Shown one piece after another: positions 30,565-41,233 of a DNA stretch of 54,566 bases. Position numbers and translations under genes: made by a program. The notes beneath the pieces were generated by a model. The model saw only the letters and a list, made by a program, of their open reading frames with translations. It did not search any database and was not told where the DNA came from. Source of the DNA: Lysobacteraceae bacterium (GTDB lineage Bacteria > Pseudomonadota > Gammaproteobacteria > Xanthomonadales > Xanthomonadaceae); NCBI GenBank assembly GCA_018333835.1, contig JAGXSL010000023.1, positions 1-54,566 on the forward strand, in the 5' to 3' direction. Every line of letters starts with the position of its first letter. Within the stretch, counting starts at the first letter, position 1.

Positions 30565-30648
30565 ACGCGGCTCGGGACGGCCCACCCCTTCCGCCACGCC
30601 CGGCCGTGGCATACTTCAGGGCTGTTCGGCCACCCTCGACCTTCCGCC

Positions 30649-30990
30649 ATGTCCCCGATCGACTTTCTGATCCCCGCCGCCCACGCCCAGGCCGCCGCCG
30701 GCGCTGCCCAGCCCAACGTCTGGTTGCAGCTGATCCCCCTGGTCCTGCTGTTCGTGGTGTTCTGGTTCCTGCTGATCCGCCCGCAGATGAAGCGGCAGAA
30801 AGAGCACCGGCAGCTGGTCGAGAAGCTCGCCAAGGGCGATGAGGTGGTGACCAGCGGCGGTGTAGCCGGGCGAATCGATGACGTGGGCGAGAGTTTTCTC
30901 ACCGTCGAGATCGCCGAAGGCGTCCGCGTGCGCGTGCAGAAGGGCGCGGTCAACGCCGTTCTGCCCAAAGGCACCTTGAAGTCGCTCTGA
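30649..30990 (+). CDS. yajC: Preprotein translocase subunit
   Basis: Single TM, FLLIRPQMKRQKEH, GDEVVTSGG. Confidence 0.96.
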   Translation: MSPIDFLIPAAHAQAAAGAAQPNVWLQLIPLVLLFVVFWFLLIRPQMKRQKEHRQLVEKLAKGDEVVTSGGVAGRIDDVGESFLTVEIAEGVRVRVQKGAVNAVLPKGTLKSL

Positions 30991-31057
30991 TCGCCCACAC
31001 CCCACAGGCTCCACGTCGGCCTTTCCGGGCCGGTCCGCGCCGGCCCGAAGTGACCCC

Positions 31058-32935
31058 ATGCTCGAATACGCCCGTTGGAAGTACGTCCTCGCCTTGATCT
31101 TGATCTTGGCGAGTGCCCTGTACGCGCTGCCCAACCTTTACCCGCAGGACGCCGCCGTCCAGATCACCGCCAACCGCGGTTTTGCGGTCGACGCGGCTCT
31201 CGATGCGCGGGTCGAGGCCAAGTTGCGCGAGAACGGCATCGCCTTCAGGTCGGTGGCCGACGAAGGCGGCAGCCTCTTCGTCCGTCTGGGCGGGGAGGAC
31301 CAGCTGCGTGCCGCCGAGCTGCTGCGGGACTACCTCGGACGCGGCTACATCGTGGCGCAGAATCTGGCTTCCACCGTTCCGGCCTGGCTGGAGAGGATTG
31401 GTGCCCGCCCCATGCTGCTCGGGCTCGACCTGCAAGGCGGTGTGCACTTCCTGCTGCAGGTTGACCAGCAGGCCGCGCTGGAACGTCGCGAAGGTACCTT
31501 CGCCGAACAGATCCGCGTGGTGCTGCGCGAGAACCGCATCGCCACCGAGGAAGTTCTGGTCCGTCCGACCGACATCCTGATCCGGCTGGTCCGTCAGGAG
31601 GATCTCGCCAAGGCCCTGAGCCTGGTCGGCACCGATGCTCCGGAACTGGTGTTGACCGCCTTGCAGGGCGATTCGGCTCCCGGCTTCACCGCGCGCATTC
31701 CGCAGGCCACGCTGGACGCCATCATCGACGAAACGATCAACCAGAACGTCCAGATTCTGCGCAACCGTATCAATGCGCTCGGTGTGGCCGAGCCGGTGGT
31801 GCAGCGTCAGGGCGATTCGCGCATCGTCGTGCAGCTGCCTGGTGTGCAGGACACGGCGCTGGCCAAGCGGGTGATCGGTGCCACCGCCACCCTCGAGTTC
31901 CGTGCTGTCATCGGTGACGAAGCGCAGGCGGCGGCGGCGCTCGCCACCGGTCGGATTCCTGCTGATGGCCGCATCTACTTCCAGCGCCGCGTCGGCGCCG
32001 ATGGCCAGCCGCTGCCCCTGATCCTGTCCAGGCGGATCATCGCCTCCGGTGACCAGCTGGTCGGTGCGGCCTCGGGAACCGACGCCGAAAGCGGCACGCC
32101 CAAGGTCGACATCACGCTCAATGCCTCGGCCGGCCAACGGATGTTTGACTTCACCACGCGCAACGTCGGCCAGCGCCTTGCCGTGGTCTACATCGAGCGC
32201 ATTCCCGAGGTGCGCATCGTCGACGGCCAGGAGGTGCGCAGCACCCGTGTCACCGAGGAAGTGATCTCGGCGGCCACCGTGCAGGGTGTGTTCGGCCGCC
32301 AGTTCCAGACCACCGGTCTGGAAAGTCCGGCCGAGGCCCAACAGCTCGCCCTGCTGCTGCGTTCTGGCGCTCTGGCTGCGCCGATGGAGTTCGCCGAGGA
32401 ACGCATCATCGGTCCCAGCCTCGGCGCCGAGAATGTCCAGCGTGGCGTGCAGTCGATCGTCGCTTCCTTCCTGCTGGTGCTGGTGTTTTTTGTCGTCTAC
32501 TATCGGATGTTCGGCCTCATCACCAACATCGCTCTGTTGGTCAATCTGCTGATGCTGGTGGCGGTGATGTCGGTGTTCGGTGCGACCATCACCCTGCCGG
32601 GGCTGGCGGGTATCGCCTTGACGGTCGGTCTCTCGGTCGACGCCAACGTGCTCATCAACGAGCGTATCCGCGAGGAGTTGCGAGCCGGCAACACGCCGCT
32701 TGCATCCATCGTCACCGGCTACGAAAAAGCCTCCGGCACCATCCTCGATGCCAACGTCACCGCCCTGCTGGCCGGCATCGCCCTGTTCGTGTTCGGCACC
32801 GGTCCGGTCAAGGGTTTCGCCCTGGCCCTGATCGTCGGCATCCTGACCTCGATGTACACCGCGGTATCGCTGTCGCGGGGCGTCGCCACCCTCATCTACG
32901 GCCGTCGGCGCAAGCTGGCCGGCCTGGCGATCTGA
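31058..32935 (+). CDS. secD: Protein translocase subunit SecD
   Basis: LGLDLQGG, RINALGVAEP, IGPSLG, DANVLINERIREE. Confidence 0.97.
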   Translation: MLEYARWKYVLALILILASALYALPNLYPQDAAVQITANRGFAVDAALDARVEAKLRENGIAFRSVADEGGSLFVRLGGEDQLRAAELLRDYLGRGYIVAQNLASTVPAWLERIGARPMLLGLDLQGGVHFLLQVDQQAALERREGTFAEQIRVVLRENRIATEEVLVRPTDILIRLVRQEDLAKALSLVGTDAPELVLTALQGDSAPGFTARIPQATLDAIIDETINQNVQILRNRINALGVAEPVVQRQGDSRIVVQLPGVQDTALAKRVIGATATLEFRAVIGDEAQAAAALATGRIPADGRIYFQRRVGADGQPLPLILSRRIIASGDQLVGAASGTDAESGTPKVDITLNASAGQRMFDFTTRNVGQRLAVVYIERIPEVRIVDGQEVRSTRVTEEVISAATVQGVFGRQFQTTGLESPAEAQQLALLLRSGALAAPMEFAEERIIGPSLGAENVQRGVQSIVASFLLVLVFFVVYYRMFGLITNIALLVNLLMLVAVMSVFGATITLPGLAGIALTVGLSVDANVLINERIREELRAGNTPLASIVTGYEKASGTILDANVTALLAGIALFVFGTGPVKGFALALIVGILTSMYTAVSLSRGVATLIYGRRRKLAGLAI

Positions 32936-32949
32936 CCCGGAGCCCTGAC

Positions 32950-33912
32950 GTGCTGTACCTGATTCCGTACAACACCCGCTACGACCTGATACGTCTGAAG
33001 ACGCTGTCGTTGATTATCGCCGTCGGCCTGATCGTTGCGGGCATCGCCCTGATGGCGGTGCGCGGCTTCAATTTCGCCCTCGACTTCACCGGCGGCACGG
33101 TGGCTGAGCTGCAGTTCGAGCAGGCCCCCGACCTCGAGGTGGTGCGCGCCCGGTTGGAGGCCGGCGGCTACACCAATGCCGTGGTGCAGACCTTCGGTTC
33201 GGCCAACGACGTGGTCGTGCGCCTGCAACCCAAGGCGCTTGCCGAGGGCGAAACGGCCGCCGCGGCCGCGGCCGCGGCCACCGGCGGCGCCATCGCCGAC
33301 CTGCTCTCCGAGCCGGGCAACCGGGTCTACGTGGTGCGCTCCGACTTTGTCGGACCGCAGGTCGGCCAGGAATTGGCCACCAACGGCGTTCTGGCGCTGG
33401 CCTTCGTGGTGTTCGGCTTCCTCATTTACATCACCATCCGGTTCGAATGGAAGTTCGCTGTCGCCGCGATCGTCACCACCATGCATGACGTGGTGCTGGT
33501 GCTGGCCTTTTTCGCTCTCACTCAACGCGAGTTCGACCTCACCGTACTGGCCGGCGTGCTCTCGGTGCTGGGTTATTCGATCAACGACACCATCGTGATC
33601 TTCGATCGTGTGCGCGAGAATTTCCGCGCCCTGCACAAGATCGAGCCGACCGAGGTGCTGAATCGTTCGGTCAACCAGACCCTGTCGCGAACCATCATCA
33701 CTTCGTTGATCGCCTTCCTGACCGTGCTTGCGCTCTACATCTACGGCGGCAGCAGCCTCGAGGGCATGGCCGCCGCGCAGATGGTCGGCATCGTGGTCGG
33801 TACCCTGTCCTCGATCTTCATCGCCTGTCCGCTCTTGCTCTGGCTCAAGGTCAGCAAGCAGGACCTGCTGCCCAAGATCCGCGACGAGGCCGAACTGGAA
33901 CGCCGGCCCTGA
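32950..33912 (+). CDS. secF: Protein translocase subunit SecF
   Basis: LDFTGG, VGPQVG, GYSINDTIVIFDRVRE, QTLSRT. Confidence 0.96.
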   Translation: MLYLIPYNTRYDLIRLKTLSLIIAVGLIVAGIALMAVRGFNFALDFTGGTVAELQFEQAPDLEVVRARLEAGGYTNAVVQTFGSANDVVVRLQPKALAEGETAAAAAAAATGGAIADLLSEPGNRVYVVRSDFVGPQVGQELATNGVLALAFVVFGFLIYITIRFEWKFAVAAIVTTMHDVVLVLAFFALTQREFDLTVLAGVLSVLGYSINDTIVIFDRVRENFRALHKIEPTEVLNRSVNQTLSRTIITSLIAFLTVLALYIYGGSSLEGMAAAQMVGIVVGTLSSIFIACPLLLWLKVSKQDLLPKIRDEAELERRP

Positions 33913-33988
33913 GTGACCAAGACTGGGGCCGACAGGCCCCGGTCTGTTCTGTGTGTGGCAAGCCGATGGTGGTCTGGCTGGTTTGTGC

Positions 33989-34822
33989 TCAGCCCGTCGC
34001 ACCGGGCCGCAGCGGCGGCGGTGCGAAGCTCGCCAGCCAGCCGGAATCCTGCACGGTCTTCTGCACCGCATCGACGACCTTCAATGGTCCGGCGATGCAC
34101 TGGCCTTCGAACAGGATCTTCTCGGAGCGGCCCTTGAAGTCGCAGACCCGGCCGCCGGCCTCGCGCACCAGCAGCACGCCGGCGGCGATGTCCCAGGCCT
34201 TGACGCCGGCTTCGACGTAGCCGTCCGCTCGGCCGGCCGCCACCCAGGCCAGATCGAGTGCCGCCGAGCCGGTGCGGCGGACGTCCTCCGCTTCGGCGAG
34301 CAGCATCTCGATGCATTTGAGCTGCGGCCCGATGCGCTGGCGTTCCCTCGGCGGAAAGCCGGTGATCAGCATCGCGCCGGACAGTTCGCGCTTGCCATTG
34401 ATGCGCAGGCGACGGTCATTGAGCACGGCACCGTTGCCGCGCGAGGCGGTGAACAACTCGTTGCGCAGCGGGTCGTAGACGACGGCGTCGGTCGGTTCGC
34501 CGTTGTCGACCAGCGCGATCGAGACGCAGAAGTGCGGAATACCACGCAGGTAGTTCGAGGTGCCGTCGAGCGGATCGACGATGAAGGTGTAGCGGCCTTT
34601 GCCGCTCTGCCCGGTTTCCTCGCCGAGGATGGCGTAGTCGGGGTGGGCGCGCCGGAGCTCGCGTATGATCTCCTGCTCGGCCATGCTATCGACCTCGCTG
34701 GCGTAGTCCTGACGGGCCTTCTCGACCACCTGGAGGCTGTCGATGCGCGACATGTTGCGCAACAGGACATTGCCTGCGGCGCGCGCCGCCTTGACCATGA
34801 CATTGACGACAGGGTTCTGCAT
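33989..34822 (-). CDS. suhB: Inositol monophosphatase
   Basis: [25 protein letters not shown]. Confidence 0.95.
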   Translation of the reverse strand: MQNPVVNVMVKAARAAGNVLLRNMSRIDSLQVVEKARQDYASEVDSMAEQEIIRELRRAHPDYAILGEETGQSGKGRYTFIVDPLDGTSNYLRGIPHFCVSIALVDNGEPTDAVVYDPLRNELFTASRGNGAVLNDRRLRINGKRELSGAMLITGFPPRERQRIGPQLKCIEMLLAEAEDVRRTGSAALDLAWVAAGRADGYVEAGVKAWDIAAGVLLVREAGGRVCDFKGRSEKILFEGQCIAGPLKVVDAVQKTVQDSGWLASFAPPPLRPGATG

Positions 34823-34860
34823 GCGCTGCCCGCCTCTTTCCGCTGGATTGTCTGAAGAAC

Positions 34861-35676
34861 ATGGATCCGGTCGGTGCCGGGCCGGCGCGGAGTTTACCCG
34901 TTTTGCAAGGGCCTGCCTTGCGCGCGCTTGAACGGGTCCGCATCGTGCTGGTCGGCACCCAGCACCCGCGCAACATCGGTTCGGCGGCGCGCGCTCTGAA
35001 AACCATGGGCTTCGGGGCGATGCACCTTGTCGCCCCGGCGATGTTCCCGCACCCCGAGGCGCAGGCGCTCGCCGCCGGTGCCGACGATCTGCTGGAGGGC
35101 GCAGGCGTCCACCCGGGCTTGAGCGAAGCGGTGGCCGGTTGCACTCTGGTGCTGGGCAGCACGGCCACGCAGCGTGCCGTGCCGATGCCGGAACTGAGCC
35201 CGCGCGAGGCCGCGGTCCGGCTGCTCGAGGCCAGTCGGCAGGGCGAGGTGGCCCTCGTGTTCGGACCGGAGCGCACTGGCCTCGAAAACGCCGAGCTGCA
35301 GCTTTGTCATGCCTCGGTGTGCATCCCCACCGACCCGGCTTTCAGTTCGCTGAATCTCGCTCAGGCGGTGCAGGTGCTGGCCTACGAACTGCGACTGACG
35401 GCGATGGCGCAAGAGGGGCTGGAAAACGCCCGTCCGCCGCTCGATGCCCGCCCACCCGCCACCCACGAGGCGATGGAGCGTTTCTTCGGCCACCTCGACC
35501 AGACCCTGCACGCGATCGATTTCCACAAGGGCCGCAGCGGCATCACCGTGATGCGCCGCTTGCGCCGGCTGTTCCTGCGGGCCGCCCCGGACGAGCGCGA
35601 GCTGCGGATGTTGCACGGCATCCTCGCCGATGCCCAGCGCATGGCCCGACTGGCCGGGGCGAAAAAAAACCTCTAG
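34861..35676 (+). CDS. trmJ: TrmJ/LasT-family SPOUT RNA methyltransferase
   Basis: [28 protein letters not shown]; divergent from suhB; true start probably a downstream TTG (34903/34918). Confidence 0.9.
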   Translation: MDPVGAGPARSLPVLQGPALRALERVRIVLVGTQHPRNIGSAARALKTMGFGAMHLVAPAMFPHPEAQALAAGADDLLEGAGVHPGLSEAVAGCTLVLGSTATQRAVPMPELSPREAAVRLLEASRQGEVALVFGPERTGLENAELQLCHASVCIPTDPAFSSLNLAQAVQVLAYELRLTAMAQEGLENARPPLDARPPATHEAMERFFGHLDQTLHAIDFHKGRSGITVMRRLRRLFLRAAPDERELRMLHGILADAQRMARLAGAKKNL

Positions 35677-35706
35677 CCATCCAGTCGTGTCAAACTTGCA
35701 CCAGTC

Positions 35707-36636
35707 TTGGTGCCAAGGTCGATGATGTTCGGGCGCTCGCCGTTCCATGCCGCTGCTGTGCTGCTGCTTGCCCTGACAGCGGGTCTCGCCAAGGCCGATC
35801 CCGGTGTCCTCGTGCTCGGTCGGGTCAGCGACAATCCCCAGCGTCACCACGCCCAGCTCCAGCCTCTGCTCGATTACGTGGTGCCGCGCATGGCTGGCGT
35901 TGGCATCCGCGAAGGCCGCATCCTGATGGCTCGCGATGCCTCGCGGATGACCAGCTACCTGCGTCACGGCCGGGTCGACTGGGTGACCGAGACCATGGCC
36001 AGCGCACTTGGCCTGATCGACCGCGCCGGTGCCCGCCCACTGCTGTTCACCCACCGTGATGGCATGACCCATTACCACTCGGTGCTGGTGGTCCGCGACG
36101 ATGCGCCTCTGCATCGAATAGCCGATCTGGCCGGTCGCCGCTTGGCCCTGGAAGCCCCGCATTCGACCAGCGCTTACCTGCTGCCGGCCATGACCCTGCT
36201 CGATGCCGGCCTGCCGATGGAAATCCTGCCGTCACCGACCGACCGGCCACGACCGGGCAATGTCGGCTATGTGTTCGCCAACACCGAACGCAACATCGCC
36301 CACTGGGTGATTCTTGGCGTGGTTGATGCGGGTGGCTTCAGTGACCTGGACCTCGCCGAGTGGCGCGCTGAACGCCCTGATGCTCCGGCCCTGCGGGTGA
36401 TCGGGACCAGCCCCGCGGTGCCGCGTGCCATCGAGCTGGTGCGTGGCGACCTCGACCCGGCAGTGGCCGCGCGCCTGCGTGAGGTTTTGCTGGAGGCCGC
36501 CACCGATCCGCAGGCCGCTCCAGCTTTGCGGGCTTTTTTCGACACCACTGGCTTTGATGTGCCAAGCGCCACCGATCTCGCTGATTTGCGCCGTTTGGGC
36601 GAGCGCGTCCGGCACACCCGCGAGGCCATCGAATGA
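35707..36636 (+). CDS. PhnD-like phosphate/phosphonate substrate-binding protein (no permease nearby)
   Basis: Signal peptide; YHSVLVV, STSAYLLP; ATGA overlap with the next gene; start uncertain. Confidence 0.82.
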   Translation: MVPRSMMFGRSPFHAAAVLLLALTAGLAKADPGVLVLGRVSDNPQRHHAQLQPLLDYVVPRMAGVGIREGRILMARDASRMTSYLRHGRVDWVTETMASALGLIDRAGARPLLFTHRDGMTHYHSVLVVRDDAPLHRIADLAGRRLALEAPHSTSAYLLPAMTLLDAGLPMEILPSPTDRPRPGNVGYVFANTERNIAHWVILGVVDAGGFSDLDLAEWRAERPDAPALRVIGTSPAVPRAIELVRGDLDPAVAARLREVLLEAATDPQAAPALRAFFDTTGFDVPSATDLADLRRLGERVRHTREAIE

Positions 36637-38759
36637 GGCCGCACTGGACCCTGCACAGGCAGTTGCTGGTGGGGATGCTGCTGGGTTCGGCGGTGCTGGT
36701 GATGGTGTTCGCCGGCCTGATCTGGCGTGAGCAGCAGAGTTTTGTCGCCCTGCGCGATGGCGGCGAACGGATGATCAGCGACCTGATCCGCGAGGGCACC
36801 GAGCAGCGCGGCATCACCCTGGCTCGGCAATACGCCCGGGCGGTCGCCAACCCGCTCTACTTTCTTGATTTCGAACGAATCGGCGAGTTGGGCGGCCACG
36901 TCCAAGATCAGGACGGCGTGCTGGAGGTGCTGCTCACCGACGCCGAAGGACGGCGCATCAGCGATGGCCGCGGCGACCTCGCCCGTTTCGGTGAGCCCGT
37001 GCCAGCTCTGCCGACCGAGGCAAGACGGGTTCCGGCCGGACCGTCCGGCGCCGAGGCGGTCTTGCATTGGGCCGAGGCGCAGCTGCAGGTCGAGGTTCCG
37101 GTCCAGATGGGCGAGCACCGCATCGGTCGGGTTCGTCTGGTGTTGGGCGATGCCGATTCGGCCTCGATGGCAGTCTGGGGCAACACCGTCGAGCAGGTGC
37201 TGCGTGACAACCAGCGGGCCCATGTGTTCTGGCTGCTGGCCGGCATGGGCCTGATCGTCCTGTTGGCGGTGATTGGCTTCTGGCTGTTCCGGCGCAATGT
37301 GTTGGCGCCCTTGCAAGCTCTGGGTCGGGCGGCGGCGGCGGTCGAGCAGGGCCGTTACGCCGAGACCCGGGCACTGCAGCCCCGGTCCGACGAGATCGGT
37401 GATCTGACCCGCCGTTTCATCCACATGACCGAAGCGGTGGCCCGTCACGAGCGCGAGGTCCGCCGCATCGCCTGCACCGATGCCCTCACCGGCCTCGGCA
37501 ACCGGCTCGCCTTGAGCGAATCGCTGGAATCGCGACTGCTCACACTGCGCGCCAACAGCGGTGAACTGGCCCTGCTGTTCATCGACCTCGACGACATCAA
37601 GCGGGTCAACGACACGCTGGGCCATCCGGTCGGCGACGAGGTGCTGGTCGAGATCGCCGTCCGCCTCACCGCCGCCTGCGAAGCGGTCGTGCCGGACGCC
37701 ACCGAACTCGCCCGTTTCGGTGGCGACGAGTTCGTCGTGCTGCTGGTTGGCAACGCGGTCCGTCAGCAGGCTGCCGTGCTGGCCCAGGCCATCCTTGCCG
37801 CGGTGCATCGACCGATGCCGCTGCGCGAGCGCGAGCTCAACCTCTCCGCCTCGATCGGCATCACCGTCTTCCCCGACGATGCGGCCTCGGCCGAGCAACT
37901 GATCAAGAACGCCGACATGGCCATGTACCAGGCCAAGACCTCGGGCAAGGGCCGCTTCAAGTTCTACACGCGGGCACTCGACGAGGAAGTGGAGCGTCGT
38001 GTCCGCCTCGAGCACGATCTGCGCGGCGCCTGGGAACGGGGTGAGATGAACCTCGTGTTCCAGCCGGTCTACGACCTGACCGATGGCCGTGCCGTGGGCG
38101 CCGAGGCCCTGCTGCGCTGGAAACACCCGGACCTCGGTCTGGTGCCGCCTTCGGTGTTCATCGGCATCGCCGAGGAGAGCGGCCAGGTCGAGGCGCTCGG
38201 CGAGCGCGTGCTGCGCGAGGCGATGCGTGTCGCGATGGGCTGGGTCGCGCCTCCCGGCTTGCCGGCGCCTTTCGTGGCGGTCAATGTCTCGCCGCGCCAG
38301 CTCGCCCACGGTGATTTACCGCAGGTGGTCGAGCGGGCACTGGCCGAGAGCGGCCTGCCGGCGCAGCGCCTGCATCTTGAACTGACCGAGACCGCCATCC
38401 TGCGCGATGAAGCCCAGGCCACGACCGCCTTCACCCGGCTGCGGTCGTTGGGTGTCGGGGTCTGGCTCGACGATTTCGGCACCGGATTCTCCGGCCTCTC
38501 GCACCTGCGCCGGGTGCCGGTCGACGGTGTCAAGATCGACCGCAGCTTCATCACCGACCTGTTGCGCGATCCCAACGATCTGGCCTTGACCACCGGCGTC
38601 ATCGCCATGGCCCACTCGCTCGGCATGGCGGTGGTGGCCGAGGGCATCGAGAGCGAGGGCCAGCACGACCTGCTGCGCGAACGCGGCTGCCCGATGGGGC
38701 AGGGCTTCTTCATGGCGCGGCCACTGGATGCTGCCGCCACCGGGCGCATCTTCGGCTGA
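36633..38759 (+). CDS. Membrane HAMP-GGDEF-EAL c-di-GMP enzyme
   Basis: Two TMs, HAMP (SDEIGDL), RFGGDEF, EALLRW, ELTE, DDFGTG, KIDRSF. Confidence 0.93.
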   Translation: MRPHWTLHRQLLVGMLLGSAVLVMVFAGLIWREQQSFVALRDGGERMISDLIREGTEQRGITLARQYARAVANPLYFLDFERIGELGGHVQDQDGVLEVLLTDAEGRRISDGRGDLARFGEPVPALPTEARRVPAGPSGAEAVLHWAEAQLQVEVPVQMGEHRIGRVRLVLGDADSASMAVWGNTVEQVLRDNQRAHVFWLLAGMGLIVLLAVIGFWLFRRNVLAPLQALGRAAAAVEQGRYAETRALQPRSDEIGDLTRRFIHMTEAVARHEREVRRIACTDALTGLGNRLALSESLESRLLTLRANSGELALLFIDLDDIKRVNDTLGHPVGDEVLVEIAVRLTAACEAVVPDATELARFGGDEFVVLLVGNAVRQQAAVLAQAILAAVHRPMPLRERELNLSASIGITVFPDDAASAEQLIKNADMAMYQAKTSGKGRFKFYTRALDEEVERRVRLEHDLRGAWERGEMNLVFQPVYDLTDGRAVGAEALLRWKHPDLGLVPPSVFIGIAEESGQVEALGERVLREAMRVAMGWVAPPGLPAPFVAVNVSPRQLAHGDLPQVVERALAESGLPAQRLHLELTETAILRDEAQATTAFTRLRSLGVGVWLDDFGTGFSGLSHLRRVPVDGVKIDRSFITDLLRDPNDLALTTGVIAMAHSLGMAVVAEGIESEGQHDLLRERGCPMGQGFFMARPLDAAATGRIFG

Positions 38760-38769
38760 GCGGCTCGTT

Positions 38770-39369
38770 TCATTCGCTGATGGCGGCGTTGACCAGGGCT
38801 GCTACCTGGTCGAAGAACACCAGCACCAGCGCGATCTGGAGCAGACCGAGCAACCAGACGATGGCGAGCAGGCGGCCGTCGCGTTCGATCAGGGCGATCG
38901 CCCAGACCACCAGCAGCAGGCCGAAGGGGTAGTTGGTCAGCGGCATCGGCAGCGACAGCAGCAGGCCCAGCACCAGCAGAAGCAGACCACCGAAGATGTG
39001 ACCCAGCGGATGGTCGATCAGCACTTCGGCGCGAGGCCGGCTGTAGCGTTCCAGCCAGCCGAGTGGACGGGCGAGTCGTTGGCGGAAGCGCTCGATCGAG
39101 GCACGCGCCACCGGCCGCGCCTGCAACCAGCGCGGCAGCCAGGGGTGTTCGGCGAGCAGGGCGATCTGCAGGCCGGCCAGCATCACCAGCGGGCCGCTGA
39201 TGGCGCCGGCCCCGGCCGGGAGCGGCAGGAAGGCCGGCAGCACGGCGATCAGCAGGAACAGGCCGAAGGCGCGCTCGCCGCAGGCGTCGAGCAGCTCGCC
39301 GAGCGGCAGGTGGCTGCCGGGGCCGGTGGCGATCTGTTCGAGCAGGGCGCGGGTGCCGGGCGAGGTCAT
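38770..39369 (-). CDS. ExoD-family (exopolysaccharide synthesis) membrane protein
   Basis: GERAFGLFLL, PWLPRWL, LPMPLTNYP; start may be 39417. Confidence 0.85.
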   Translation of the reverse strand: MTSPGTRALLEQIATGPGSHLPLGELLDACGERAFGLFLLIAVLPAFLPLPAGAGAISGPLVMLAGLQIALLAEHPWLPRWLQARPVARASIERFRQRLARPLGWLERYSRPRAEVLIDHPLGHIFGGLLLLVLGLLLSLPMPLTNYPFGLLLVVWAIALIERDGRLLAIVWLLGLLQIALVLVFFDQVAALVNAAISE

Positions 39370-39397
39370 GGTGGCCAGTGTGCCGGCACGGCCGTGA

Positions 39398-40708
39398 TCA
39401 GCCGGTCTCGTGGCCATCGCCACCGATTTTGACCAGCAGCAGCTTGTCGATGCGCGCACCGTCGCGGTCGATCACCTCGATCCGCCAGCCCTCCCAGACG
39501 AAGGCCTCGCCGGTGGCCGGCAGGCGGCCGAACCAGGCCACCACCATGCCGGCGATGGTGTGGAAGTCGTGGGCATCCTCGCCGGGCAGGCGACTGACCC
39601 CGAGCAGTTCGCGGGTGTCATCGACCGGCAGGCGGCCGTCCACCAGCCAACTGCCGTCCTCGCGGCGGATCAGCAGCGGTTCGTCCTCGGCGGCTTCGCC
39701 GGGGGCCTGGCCACGGCCGACCACGGCGTCCAGCAAATCGTTGGTGGTGACGATGCCGATCACCTCGCCGTATTCATCGACCACCAGCGCCATGGCCTGC
39801 TGCTCCTCGCGCAGGATCTCGAGCAGGCGCATGGCCTGGGTCGAGGCCGAGACGAACAGCGGCGGGGCAAGCTGCTCGAACAGGGCGGGCGCATCGCGGC
39901 AGCCCAGGCTACCGGCCAGGCGCTTGACCTCCAGCACACCGAGCACCTCGTGGTCGCCACCGCGGCAGACCGGGTAGCGGGCGAACGGTGATTCGCGCAG
40001 CGTGGCGAGGTTTTCCGCCAGCGGTGCGGCCGCGTCCAGCCAGGCGATGCGGGTGCGCGGCGTCATCAGGCTCTCGGCGGAACGGTCGCCCAGCCGCAGC
40101 ACGCGGTTGAGCATGGCTTTCTCGTCGTCGTTGATCACGCCCTGTTCGGCGCCATCGGCGACCAGTTGGCGGATTTCCTCTTCGGTCACCCGGTCGGCAT
40201 CGCCCTCGCCGGTGCGCAGCAGGCGCAGCAGCACCCGGGTCGAGGCCGCCAGTACGGCGACGAAGGGCCGCGCCAAGGCGCTCATCACCGCCATCGGCAG
40301 GGCCACCGCGCCGGCCAGACGCTCGGGGTAGAGGATGGCGATGCGCTTCGGCACCAGTTCGCCGAACACCACCGAGACGTAGAGGATGACCGTGAAGCTC
40401 ACGGCGTAGGCGGTGCCGGAAGCCCATTCGGCGTCCATGCCCCAGCCGGACAGGACCGGGGCGAAGCGCTCGGCGAAGGTCTCGGCGCCGAAATAGCCGG
40501 TCAGCATGCCGAGCAGGGTGATCCAGACCTGCACCGAGGACAGGAAGCCCTCGGGGTGCTCGGCCAGTTCCAGCGCCTTGCGCGCACCACGGCTGTCGCG
40601 CGCGAGTTGCCGGAGCCGGCCCTTGCGCGAGGTCATCACCGACATTTCCGACAATGCGAAGAAGCCGTTCGCCAGCACCAGAACGACGATCAGGAGGATT
40701 TCGAGCAT
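39398..40708 (-). CDS. HlyC/CorC (CNNM-CBS-CorC) family protein
   Basis: NGFFALSEMS, FGELVPKRIA, MTPR, VVDEYG, TIAG. Confidence 0.92.
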   Translation of the reverse strand: MLEILLIVVLVLANGFFALSEMSVMTSRKGRLRQLARDSRGARKALELAEHPEGFLSSVQVWITLLGMLTGYFGAETFAERFAPVLSGWGMDAEWASGTAYAVSFTVILYVSVVFGELVPKRIAILYPERLAGAVALPMAVMSALARPFVAVLAASTRVLLRLLRTGEGDADRVTEEEIRQLVADGAEQGVINDDEKAMLNRVLRLGDRSAESLMTPRTRIAWLDAAAPLAENLATLRESPFARYPVCRGGDHEVLGVLEVKRLAGSLGCRDAPALFEQLAPPLFVSASTQAMRLLEILREEQQAMALVVDEYGEVIGIVTTNDLLDAVVGRGQAPGEAAEDEPLLIRREDGSWLVDGRLPVDDTRELLGVSRLPGEDAHDFHTIAGMVVAWFGRLPATGEAFVWEGWRIEVIDRDGARIDKLLLVKIGGDGHETG

Positions 40709-40711
40709 GGC

Positions 40712-41119
40712 TCAGAGCAGGTCGCCGCCGGCCGAAAGCAGGCGTTCAAGGCGATCGCCTTGACCGCCGATCTCGAGCACGAGGCGATCGACCTCGGCGG
40801 CGTCGAGCGAGGCGTAGGGGCGGTTCTCGCAGAGTTGCAGCCAGGGCACGCCATCGAGTTCGCCGATGGCCAGCCAGCCGACCCGCGATTGCCAGTTCAG
40901 AGCCAGCATACGTCGCGCATCGATGCCGGTGATCGGCGCGATGATCGTGCTGGCACGCAGGTAGCGGCGGCCGTCATCGCCTTCCAGTTCGGCCAGGAAA
41001 ACGTTCTGGTGGCGGCGGCCGGCGTCCAGCGAGAGCTCGGCGCAGAGCACGTAGGGCTCGTGGGTGGTGGTCCGGTAGCGCGACTGGACGTGGCTGCGGA
41101 TCTGTTCGAAGTTCTGCAT
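40712..41119 (-). CDS. Hypothetical protein, possibly YbjN/T3SS-chaperone-like fold
   Basis: 135 aa, RBS GAGGAG, ends GDRLERLLSAGGDLL. Confidence 0.7.
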   Translation of the reverse strand: MQNFEQIRSHVQSRYRTTTHEPYVLCAELSLDAGRRHQNVFLAELEGDDGRRYLRASTIIAPITGIDARRMLALNWQSRVGWLAIGELDGVPWLQLCENRPYASLDAAEVDRLVLEIGGQGDRLERLLSAGGDLL

Positions 41120-41233
41120 GGGGGTTCTCCTCGGTGGCTATCGTAGCGCGATGGGTGAAAGTCCCGGGGTTCCGGCGGGCCGGCCGGTCTGCCGTTATCA
41201 TCAGAACCTGTCTTCTTGTCGTTCCGATCGCCC

